Assembly (NCBI RefSeq): GCF_006345805.1
Contig: NC_043007.1
Span: 4,092,001-4,156,000, forward strand
Length of the DNA: 64,000 bases
Reading direction: 5' to 3'
Source: Octopus sinensis
Lineage: Eukaryota
The notes beneath the pieces were generated by a model. The model did no database searches and was not told where the DNA came from. It saw nothing but the letters and a program-made list of their open reading frames with translations. Positions 38,691-49,499 of the stretch are shown here, one piece after another. Position numbers and translations under genes: made by a program. Positions within the stretch are counted from its first letter, which is position 1. Every line of letters begins with the position of its first letter.

Positions 38691-40879
38691 AACATTGTCT
38701 AATTATGGAATTGAGGAGTTGCAGTGGGGATGAGGATGTAACATTTCAACCTGTTGACTCAAGTAGCAAGATCCTATTCTGTTGATGAAAATGTGTTGTA
38801 CTCCAAACTAAACACCGACCCTTCCCATTCCATTGCAGTATGCTGGCAGCTAACAGGGTAATATTAAAACAACTTCAGATCCAATTATTAATAGATTAAG
38901 GTGATTGGCTGCAGATTGTATGTTGAAGTGGAAATGTTGCTCATATGCCTTAAGATTAAATATACTGCAGCCATTTTGTTGTGTATGTAACAACAGATTA
39001 GGTTCTGAGCATCTCCATTTACTTAGTTGTTGACAACTGACATGTTTAACACACTGGGAGTATTATCTGTCATTTTATCTTGGGGTGGTTTACATTCACA
39101 AAACAAAATTAATTAAAAAAACGAAAAGCTGTGTGTCCAGAAACAGCACTGATAGAGCCATGAACAACTGAAGGAACCGGCACAGAGTCATTTGAGCTGA
39201 TAGAAATATTAGCTGAATCTCCCTCATCAAACTCACCTTTCTTAAGTAAAGAAAAACTCATTGAGCAGTGTTGCTTATGATACAGAAAACAACAGGGTGG
39301 TAAATATTTGATTGCTTTTGATTTGAGGCTTGTTCAGTCATGTCTGACCTGCAACTAAACGACAACAACACCAGCAATAGAACCAGGGTGGAGTGTTGAA
39401 GAGCTAATAGTAGTTGTGATATGTGAATATAAAACTGATGATGATGAATCAAAGATTCGTTGTATTGTGCTATATTGGACGTTAAACCAATGATGATGTT
39501 GGCGGCTGTCTTGGAGCCAATGTAGCCGAAAATGTTGGTCAATCTGTTTTTCCATCTAGTTTCAGCAGAGTTGGCAACAATGTTGGGTCACTTTGTGTAA
39601 CTGAGTGATACAGCAGTAGGAACGATTGCAACGTCAGAAGCAACAACAACGACAACTACAACAACAACAATGTCAGCCATCCGTCAGTCTATCTCTGATT
39701 AATTTAGTCCTTTATCCAAGGGTTATTACCTCTCAAACCAAGCACGAAAACATTTCTTTTGATGTTGTATTTTACATTTAGCTTTTTTCTTTTGGCTCTC
39801 CCCACCACCTCTGCTTTTCTCTTTTTCTCCTTCTTCTTCTTCTGTCACTAGTCTCATGCTATATATTATTCATGAAAAACATAAAAAAAATCCTGAGGGA
39901 AGTTCAAGCAGCCATTACGAAAATGAACAAACACAAAATAATGAACAAAAAGCAAACAAAAAAAAATATTTGTAGAACATGCCTGTGTGTTTCTGCATTC
40001 CTATTTTGTCCCTTCATTTTGGAATATAAATTGTCTGGAACCCTGCTGAGAGGAAACCATAGAACATATATTTCCAATTCATTGAATATACAAATGAAAA
40101 GTACTGGTTTTTCTTTTTTTTTTCTTTTTTTTTTTTCTTTTTTTTTTCACACCAGCAACATTAGCAAAAACAACATTGCTTTCACCATGGCCATCACCAC
40201 TGTCCCTAATAACAGTAAAACAAACACAAGCTTTTGGAATAAAACAGCAACAACAACAACAACAGCAAAAGTAGGAAAGAACAAAAAGGAGTCAGAGCAA
40301 CAATCACTACAGCAACAATTACAAAAACTCCATTATCACAACAACAACACAATGGCTAATATTGAAGAACAAAAACAAAAATATCTTTGGTGGCTGAATT
40401 AACAATTAACAACAACAACAACAATAGCAAGAACAACATCAGTCACAAGAGCAACATCAGTAGCAAGAAGTGCACTGCAAGAAATATAATTATGATTGCA
40501 AAAGATGCAGCAACAATAACAACAACAAGCACAACATCATAATGTATAACTTCACCATTACCAAGCAGCAAGGGGTTCCCAAATAGCTGTTTGAACCCTT
40601 TGATCTAGCTTCCAAACCACAATCGATAATTTCCTGACTGTCTTTGAAATTGAGGACCTTACACTTGAACCTAAATTTTACTTCAAACATACAATACCAA
40701 AACTAGTACAACTGAGGTGGCTTGGAAGATAAGATACTGAACTGCTTGCTCATAGGTTGTAAGTTTAAATTCACTACAATGATTTCATTATGTTTGTGGT
40801 CAGAGCACTTAATTCTGTATTACTTCATTTCATCTAGAACTATTTGGAACAGATAGCATATCGTTTAGGAATATTATCT

Positions 40880-41227
40880 ATGCCAGTGCCATCTGACTGG
40901 CATCCGTGCCGGTGGCATGTAAAAGAGCATCATTCAAGCATGGCTGATACCAGTGCCACCAGACTGGCACCTGTGCCAGTGACATGTAAAAAGCACCATT
41001 TGAACATGGCCGCTGCCAGTGCTGCCTAACAGGTACCCATGCCAGTGGCACGTAAAAGGCACCCACTATACTCTAAGGGTGGTTAGGAAGGGCATCCAGC
41101 TGTAGAAACCATACTGAGTCAGATTGGAGTCTGGTGCAGCCTCCCAGCATATCAGTTCTAACTCAAACCGTCCAACCCATGCCAGTATGGAAAGCAGATG
41201 TTAAACGACAACAACAATTATGATGAT
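40880..41227 (+). mobile_element. RTE LINE 3' end with three tandem units
   Basis: Three units of GCCAGTGC.CC.GACTGGCA.C.GTGCC.GTGGCA.GTAAAA, then GGTTAGGAAGGGCATCCAGCTGTAGAAACC...CCAACCCATGCCAG. Confidence 0.8.
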
Positions 41228-41898
41228 AGACTGTCGGCATATATAGAGAGGCAGGTGTTTGCTTTTCCTCATCTTCACACCATGAAATCAGAGCTTAGCA
41301 CTAGATTTTAAAAGACTCTCGGGAAACAGTGGATATCAACATTTTTTATATATCGTAAAAATAGGAAAGCAATTGCTAGAATGTGCATCAGCTAATGAAA
41401 TCGGAGCCAAACCAGCTTGTCAGACATCATATATATCCTAAGTGATTAGTTGGTTAAGACAGCTGACATGTCACTTGTGCAATATTTATGTAATCTGGAG
41501 GAAAACAAAACAGAAAAATGAAAATGGTTCCTATTTTTCACTTCTGCAAGGAAAGAAAGGAGTAGAAAAGAATTAATGGATGTTATTACCATGAATATGG
41601 AATTGCCAAATCCAAAGACCTACATTTTAAAGGTATCAAAAAATATAAAAACTAAAACTTCTAGCATTCTCTAGGGTTCAGGATAATAGTTAGTGCCATG
41701 ATACACATAAGCATATTGATTGTTTTTATGTGTTGGTTGGAGGAAGAAGTGCAACACCCATAATCTTTGCAATTCTCCTGAGATTGGTTTCAAAAGGGAA
41801 AAAGAAATCCCGATGATGCTGGTGGGTGCTTAAATGTCTTCTTTCCACATCCTTGGCAGAAGTAGAGCTTGATACTGCAAGCCAACAAAATTACTGTC

Positions 41899-42007
41899 CA
41901 GTGCTATACTGTGTTACCTGTTTAAGGTTATTTGGTCTGGGTTCCCAGGATCTAAACATGCATGGATACAGTGTGGAACCTTAAACAGGTAACACAGTGT
42001 AGCACTG
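41899..42007. repeat. 109-bp inverted repeat (31-bp arms, 1 mismatch)
   Basis: CAGTGCTATACTGTGTTACCTGTTTAAGGTT (41899-41929) and AACCTTAAACAGGTAACACAGTGTAGCACTG (41977-42007), with a 47-nt spacer. Confidence 0.9.
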
Positions 42008-42090
42008 AAACGTAATAATAATAACAATGTATTATGGGCACAAGACCTAATAATAATAATAATGATAATAATAATAATAATAATAATAAT

Positions 42091-42305
42091 CCTTTCTATT
42101 AAAGGCACAAGGCTTGAAATTTTGGTAGAGGGGACTAGTCGATTACATCTACCCCAGTGTTTCACTGGTACTTTATCACTGGTACTTTATCAACCACAAA
42201 AGGATGAACGGCAAAGTCGACCTCAGCAGAATTTGAACTCAGAACGTAGCAACTAAGCAATTCGTCCAGCGTGCTAATGATTCTGCCAGCTCACAGCTCG
42301 CCGCC

Positions 42306-42307
<2 letters not shown>
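42091..42307 (-). mobile_element. Family A SINE (tail type 1) embedded in (AAT)n
   Basis: Same core as 2474-2688. (AAT)n lies at about 42049-42090 and 42308-42368. Confidence 0.85.
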
Positions 42308-42369
<62 letters not shown>

Positions 42370-42634
42370 TGGTGGTGATAATAATATTACCAACAACAAC
42401 AACAACAGCAGCATAAAATGATTTCTCACATTGTTACAAGTCTACAAATTTTGGGAACAACAGCTTGTGGTTACAAAGCAAACACCTTAACCACACATCT
42501 ATGCCTGTGGGTATGATATAATTTTTTTCTAATTTTATGATTAGACTGAGAAATAAGAATAGGCTGAGAAATAAGCTCTGTGTTAGTGAAAAGGTAAACA
42601 CATTAAAGTAAGAATACATAGACACAAGCATGAA

Positions 42635-42900
42635 TGTGTGGTGAAGAAGTTTACTTATAAATCTCAAGGTTCTGGGTTTGATCCCATTGCAATACACCAT
42701 GGGAAAATATTTTCTACCATAGACTTGAATCAATCCAAGCCTTGTAAAATTGATTTCAAATTTTGGTACAAGGCCAGCAATTTCAGAGCAGGGGTTATGT
42801 TGATTATATCAACCCCAATGCCCAATTGGTACTTATTTTATCAACCCTGAAAGTGTGAAAGGCAAAGTCAACCTTGGTAGAATTTGAACTTAGAACATAA
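42635..42900. mobile_element. Fragments of family B (+) and family A (-) SINEs
   Basis: GTGTGGTGAAGAAGTTT...GGGTTTGATCCC head, followed by GGTACTTATTTTATCAACCC...AAAGGCAAAGTCAACC. Confidence 0.6.
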
Positions 42901-42911
42901 AAATCATAAAG

Positions 42912-43190
42912 TCATGGGGTTAAGAGTGCAGGCTACTAACCCCAAGATTCCAGGTTCAATCCTAGGCAGTGACTTGAATAAATAATAATAATTATAATAA
43001 TAATAATATTAATAACATCAGTAAAAAATACCTTAGGAATGAGAACAGTGTACTCAATTAGTCAAATAAAGGGTTGGATTTGAAATTCCACCAGAACACC
43101 TGATGAAGGCTGGAGAGTACATCAGCCGAAACATTGTGGTGACAAAAACCTAGGTGAGGACACCTATCTATCCAATGTAAATAATGTACA
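42912..43190 (+). mobile_element. tRNA-headed SINE-like element with Penelope-type hammerhead tail
   Basis: Head ATGGGGTTAAGAGTGCAGGCTACTAACCCCAAGATTCCAGGTTCAATCCTAGGCAG contains a GGTTCAATCC B-box. It is followed by an internal (AAT)n and a 3' region containing CTGATGAAGGCTG...CAGCCGAAAC. Confidence 0.6.
43095..43140 (+). ncRNA. Minimal type I hammerhead ribozyme motif (probably degenerate)
   Basis: AACAC-CTGATGA-A-GGCTG-gagagtacat-CAGCC-GAAA-C-A-T-T-GTGGT. The core boxes CUGAUGA and GAAA are intact, stem II has 5 perfect bp, and stem I AACAC/GUGGU pairs 4 of 5. Stem III is reduced to AACATT, whereas a palindromic AACGTT would be expected. Confidence 0.65.
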
Positions 43191-43567
43191 GACAAAATGC
43201 CACTAGGCATTTTGCCTGGTGTTCTTACCATTTTCAAGACTTGTAAAATTAGGTTGAAGCTCATCAGATGGACTGGATCTGTTAATAAGCCATCCAGTTG
43301 GGCCTTGGGTGGCTTTTAAAGATTCCACTCTGTTGCAGTTATTTGGACCATGGTTATTAAGATAACCTAATATTTCAAGGTGCTATCTCCTCCGACATTG
43401 TACATTGTTTGTTTCTTCTTTTCCCCCATTAGTGCTGGAGACATTACAAAACAGTAATCAGCATGGCTTTTCCTCGTTAAGCAAAACTGTTGATAAAAAT
43501 ACGTAAATGATTACTGGGACTGATATTATTTAATAACGAGTTCAAGTCCTTTCAACAAATATGTGTA

Positions 43568-43963
43568 AGCGCCCTGAGAGAAATGTTACACATAAGAAGC
43601 ATCGGATGTGACATGCAAGAGAGACGTTTGCGTTGGTATGGTCATGTACTACGGATGGACGAGGAGGGCTGTGTGAAGAAGTGCCACTCCAAAACAGTTG
43701 GAGGAAGACATGGGATGAAGTAGCGAAGCATAACCTTCGAACACTGAGCCTGACAGAAGCAATGACAAAAAAGACCGAGACTTCTGGAGGTATGCTGTGA
43801 CTGAGAAGACCCGGCAAATATAGTGAATTCACAGCTGTAACCTACACTAGTGTTGCATAACCAGCCCACTCAAAAGTACCTTGGATCAGCTTCCTAGACT
43901 CAGTCAAACCGTCCAACCCATGCCAGCGTGGAAAACAGATGTTAAACGGTGATGATGATGATG
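43568..43963 (+). mobile_element. 5'-truncated RTE LINE with 7-bp TSD
   Basis: Translation ALREMLHIRSIGCDMQERRLRWYGHVLRMDEEGCVKKCHS...RKTWDEV...DRDFWRYAVTEKTRQI*, then the RTE tail and (GAT)n. ATGTGTA occurs at 43561-43567 and 43964-43970. Confidence 0.85.
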
Positions 43964-44350
43964 ATGTGTACTAGGTTGAATAAAGAAATGAAGATACTTT
44001 TCAAGTATTGTCAAGCAGACTGGATGTCCCACATAGCAGTTTGTTAAATCACACACTTGAGATCAAATTCAGCATTAGTCCCACTAGATGTGAGCTGGCG
44101 GATTGAATATAATATTAAATTACAAGCTCACAGTTTTACATTTTAAATGTAATTATGTTATTTTGTAGTGATTTGGAGCAAACTAATCAAGTCTATTGGC
44201 ACCATTTTTTGTCACTCTTGAGAACAACTACAAGAACAGTATCTAAGACAGATTACCCGTGTGATACTTTTCATTTGTTTCAAGTCAACAATTAAAGTTG
44301 AGCACTGAGTCTTAAATTCTTCTGTCTCTTAAGACATATATATATACATC

Positions 44351-44655
44351 CAGGCCGACCAATGCCTTGTGAGTGGATTTGGTAGACAGAAACTGAAAGA
44401 ATCCTGTCGTATATATGTATATATATATATATGTATGTGTGTGTTTGTGTGTCTGTGTTTGTCCCCCTAGCATTGCTTGACAACCGATGCTGGTGTGTTT
44501 ACGTCCCCGTCACTTAGCGGTTCGGCTAAAGAGACCGATAGAATAAGTACTGGGCTTACAAAAGAATAAGTCCCGGGATCGATTTGCTCGACTAAAGGCG
44601 GTGCTCCAGCATGGCAGCAGTCAAATGACTGAAACAAGTAAAAGAGTAAAAGAGT
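44351..44655 (+). mobile_element. Family B CORE-SINE, 5'-truncated, CpG-retaining copy
   Basis: CAGGCCGACCAATGCCTTGTGAGTGGATTTGGTAGAC, internal TA/TG repeat, and GGCGGTGCTCCAGCATGGC...AAATGACTGAAACAAGTAAAAGAG. Confidence 0.85.
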
Positions 44656-45829
44656 ATACCAAACAAACAAGCAACCAACTGTGAATGGAACAGTAAAAAT
44701 ATGCAAGACTTTTCTCAAGTTTAAAATGTGACATTGTTTTTGTTATCGACATCGCAATGATGGAGCTTTGTATCTTTGTTGGAAACCAGCTCCTCACTCT
44801 GTGTGGAAGATTTATAATAATTAAAAAATAGAAGAGACATACCTACTTAAAATATTTGGAGTGGTCAGTTGGAGAAACACAGATCTGTGATAGACTAGCT
44901 GTTGTTGAGGTTTAGATCATGGTCAGTTCTGATCTTGCAGAATTATGATAAAAGACATTCCAGCCGTACTCAGGTTTTTTTTTTTACATATACCTAGGAG
45001 TACACTATCTAGCATGTCCTTTCCTTCCTATTCTAAGACAGAGGTGGGTGGTGGTGGTGGTGATGGTGGTGGTAGGATGGTGTGAAGAAAATTTAGTTGT
45101 TATTTCTAGTATGTCAAGTGACCACTTAGCGATTTCCTTATTGGCTCCTGGCAAGCTGTCCATGAAAAACAGTATCTTAACATGAAGTAAATTTGGTACC
45201 AGCTCTAGGTTAAAGGGCCTAAAATAGATTACTTGGCATCCTATTGAGGGGATGGAAGGGGATTTATCTTATCTGTTTTAACACCAGCAACCCAAAGATA
45301 AGCAACAGTCCTTAAAAGCCCCTTGAGGGAACTTGAAGCATTTAATTCACATTATTACATTACACATCTATAGCCTTTGTGCGATTAATGTTTAGTTTGG
45401 TAATCATCAGAATTCTGAAGCTATACTTATCGCTACAAATTCAGAGAATACTTAATGTTTTTTAATAAGGTAAAGTGGGAGTTTTTCATGGAACATTAGT
45501 TTTTGCCTAAATTTTATATAAACTATGAGGAAAAAACAAAAAAAACAAAAACAATAATAAATAAACTGAAATATTCTAACAAAAGGGGATGGAGAAAAAG
45601 AAAAAAAAAAGCAAAAACAAAGGGAAAAAACTGATTCTACAATAATTTTAGAACAATTGGTGTGGGAAGAAGGTGGAATGATGTGATAGATGAAGTAGTA
45701 GCAGTAGCAGTGTTGTTCTTGTTGCTGTAGTAATGGTAGTGGATTTGGTGGTTGGAGTACATGAAATTTGTAATAGTAATATTAACAGTTGTAACAACAA
45801 AGGCAGCTGAAAGACTGCCTCTATGCAGT

Positions 45830-46930
45830 CATATGATCTACCAGAAATAACAACTAAATTCCCTTACAATCACTCCCCACCTAGAAAAGAACTATATGTT
45901 GGATAATTTGATTCTGAGCCTTTGTCATTTGGAAAAATATGGGATGGTCATGACTGGATTGTCTCTGATCATTGGACAACTCGATTAGAGATAAATAATA
46001 GCATTGATTAAAATAGTAACTAAATCACAATTTACAATAACAACAACATCAACAAAAGTTTCCTCTATTGCAACAACAACAAATAGCTACAGTGCTAACA
46101 ACAACATCATTGAGCCTCTATGCCGTCAATTGACCTCCTAAAAATAGCAATCATATATTCCTCAAATCACATCCTATTGCTTTAAAAAAACAGAAAGTAC
46201 ACTTTTAGATAATGTTGTCCTAGATACCTGTATGGGACAGTCATGGCTGGAATGCACGTGATCACAGGTCTGCTTGATTAATATTATTCTGGGGCTAAAG
46301 AACAGCAATAACTAAAACAGAAATGACAATGATAACAGCATTAACAAGAATGATAGCTGCAGCAAGAGTCATGGCAACAACTCCAAGAGCCACAGCAATA
46401 ACAACATCATTAATAGCAACAACCATTGCTATGACAGGCACCGCCATTCAAGAATTTGGACCTGGAGATCTCCATTTCCAGCGACTTCGAGGACCACCTC
46501 CCAGTGGTGTCGGGTGTTAACGAAGAGCCCTCGACTACAACAAAACGATCAAAATTTTTTCTTTTTCCCAAGGTCTGGAGTCTCCCGCCCCTAAGCCCTA
46601 GACCATCACCTAATCACCCTTACCCATCTTGTTGCTTAACAACAACAACAAATGACAGGCACCTGAAAAATAAGACAATAACAAAATCCCTGCACAGTGC
46701 ACCACCTGCTAGAAATAGCTGCTAAATTTCCTTATATTACATTCTACTGTCTTAAAAAAAAATGGAAGGACACATAAGTCAATGTAGTCCTAGATACACA
46801 AAGACAATATGGAAAGGGTGGAAAAAGGTTTGGTCATAGCTGATGTGCTTTTGATAATAGACTCGCTCAACCATGGTTTGATCTGAGGCTAAAAAAAAAC
46901 ATGAAAACCAATAATGCAGCAGTAACAACA
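45830..46930 (+). mobile_element. Cluster of three family E retroposon ends in AAC-rich DNA
   Basis: Three diverged copies at about 45830-46000, 46110-46325 and 46700-46900. They share CTAGAAATA.C...AAATT.CC...GTCCTAGATAC...GGTCAT.GCTG...GATCA blocks. Confidence 0.6.
46443..46651 (+). mobile_element. Unclassified young retroposed insert, (AAC)n tail, 12-bp TSD
   Basis: ATGACAGGCACC at 46431-46442 and 46652-46663. The insert ends TTAACAACAACAACAA and is CpG-rich relative to its flanks. Confidence 0.7.
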
Positions 46931-47129
46931 ACAACAACTACTAAAATATAACACCAAAAAAAAAGAAAGAAAAAAAGAGCAAGAACAATAACCTTGCCAC
47001 CACCTCTACTATCTCAGCAACTAGCTTCACTGACACTTGAATAACAACAACAACAGCAATAACAGCCACTACAAATAATTATACAAACAGAAAGAACGGT
47101 AAATTCATGACAGCAACAAGAGCAGTCAT

Positions 47130-47275
47130 CTTCAGCACCATCACCACCACCACCACAACAACAACAACAAATGTAGCAAAAACAACTAAAATACTATCCT
47201 CCTCCTACTACTACTACTACTACAACTACTACTACTACTACTGCAGCTACTACTACTGTAGCTACTACTACTGCA

Positions 47276-47330
<55 letters not shown>

Positions 47331-47378
47331 AACTACTACTACTACTACTACCACTACCACCACCACCACCACCACCTT
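47130..47378. repeat. Compound triplet microsatellite (CAC)(CAA)...(CTA)n(CCA)n
   Basis: Successive runs of ACC, AAC, CCT, ACT and ACC. Confidence 0.95.
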
Positions 47379-47849
47379 GAAAACCCGCAGCAAGTGCCAA
47401 AACAACAGCTAAGAATAATAACACTAACAAAATTCACCATTGTTTACAATTGAATATCATCTCAGAATGAAATAACTAAAGAAAGTATCTAACTAACAAA
47501 ATAACAAAAAAAAAATAAAATAAACGTACGTGTAGTCGGGGGGAGGGGGGTAAGAAATGAAAAAAAAAAAAGGAAAAAGAAACGTATATATTGTGTTATA
47601 AATCAATATTCAATTTCGGCTGACAGGGCGAAACATTTCATATCTCAAATTCTTTGTCACACATGTGGTAGGATCGATAATTAGATAATAGAAGTTGTTT
47701 TATCTATAGTTATGTGATATTATGCCAATGTATGTATCTTTGCATAAGTATATTAGACAGATTTATACATCTAGGTGCATTAAATCTGTTTATGAAACAG
47801 CCAGATCTGTTGAAACATTTTACATATGTGTCTATGCATGTGTCTGCTT

Positions 47850-48010
47850 GTGTATGTATGTATATATATATATATACATATGTATATATAATATATATAT
47901 ATATATATATACATATGTATATATAATATATATATATGTTTATATATATGTATGTATATATATATATGTGTGTGTATATATATATATGTGTATATATATG
48001 TATATATGTG

Positions 48011-48083
<73 letters not shown>

Positions 48084-48510
48084 ATATATATGTGTATATA
48101 TATATATGTTTATATATATATGTTTATATATATGTGTATATATATATGTGTGTATATATATATGTTTATATATATATGTTTATATATGTATATATATATG
48201 TATATATAAATGTGTGTATATGTATATACGTATATATAAATGTACATATAAATGTGTATATATATGTATATATGTGTGTATATATATATATGTATATATA
48301 TATATATGTGTATATATATATGTATATACGTATATATATAAATGTACATATAAATGTGTATATATATGTATATATGTGTGTATATATGTATATATATATA
48401 TATATATGCATATGTGAATATATATGTATATATTTATATGTATATGTGAATATATATGTAATTATAAATATATATATATATATGTACATGTGTGTGTGTG
48501 TGTGTGTGAA
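47850..48510. repeat. About 660-bp (TA)/(TG)/(TATG) low-complexity array
   Basis: Almost pure alternating purine-pyrimidine. It is the source of six spurious Y/I/V/C/M ORFs. Confidence 0.95.
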
Positions 48511-49287
48511 TGACTCCATACTTGCATACTGATATATATCAGTATATCTCACGCACATTAATATAAATATAGTACCTGATATCATTAATTGATTATGTGA
48601 ACATAATAGGTAAATATCAGATGAGATATTCAGATGTTGTGTGTGTATGGATTTATACACGTTTACCCCCCATGTGTATATAAAACTTACTACTCTGGTG
48701 TTTAAACTTTGCCATTTATTTTTGTAAATAATGTTCTAGTTATTGTAATCATAGCACAATTTCCACATATAATTTGCAGGTTCAATTCCTATTTGAATTG
48801 GAAATTTAGCAGCAGTAGGCAAGATATCCAGCTGTGAAAAAACAACTGGCTAAGGTGCGGGGAAAAAAAGGCATTTAAGCCACAAGACTATGCAGAAAAG
48901 AATATCATCATCATCATCATCAACATCATTATCATCATCATTTTACGCTTGTTTTTCTAAGGCTGTCTGTTTTCTGTAAGCAACACTAACCACTTTACCA
49001 TGTGGTCCAGCTGCATTTTATTGTGACACTAGCATTAGAGAAGTGTCTAAAGAATTCTCTTGGCTCTATGTTCTTTTACTTTTGGATTTTTTTTAATGCC
49101 TAGAAACCCTTTCTAACACCGATCATTATATAACATTGACATTTTGTTGTGCCACCAGTATCAGAGAAGTTGTTCTTAGATGGCTTATCTACTTTATGCT
49201 GATGCTCTGCATTTTTTTTTTTTCATTTTGGTACAATTTATATCTCTATTTTTCTCTGTTAGAAACTTCATCAAATCAAATGTTTAA

Positions 49288-49499
49288 CCCTTTCGTTACT
49301 GTATTTCTGTTGAGATGCTCTGTGTTTCTTTCAATTACTTTAAATATAACAAAGAATTTAGTAAAATAATTTAGTTATCATTCAGCCAGTGTTATGAAAA
49401 TAAATTGTGACTAAGATTTGGTGGAAGATTTTAATTCAAAATTTATGAAAATAAGACATTTGTACTACAGAGCCAGAGCCAGGGTTGGTAACGAAAGGG
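49288..49499. mobile_element. piggyBac-like MITE (TTAA TSD, perfect 12-bp TIR)
   Basis: TTAA|CCCTTTCGTTAC ... GTAACGAAAGGG|TTAA, 212 bp, non-coding. Confidence 0.85.

Noticed and set aside
43225-43275. Minus-strand CTGATGAG...TTGAAA as a hammerhead
   Set aside because: Stem II does not pair next to the GAAA and there is no stem III or cleavage triplet.
47714-48660. Six long ORFs (up to 231 aa) rich in Y/I/V/C/M
   Set aside because: These are translations of the TA/TG microsatellite, open only because the repeat lacks stop codons.
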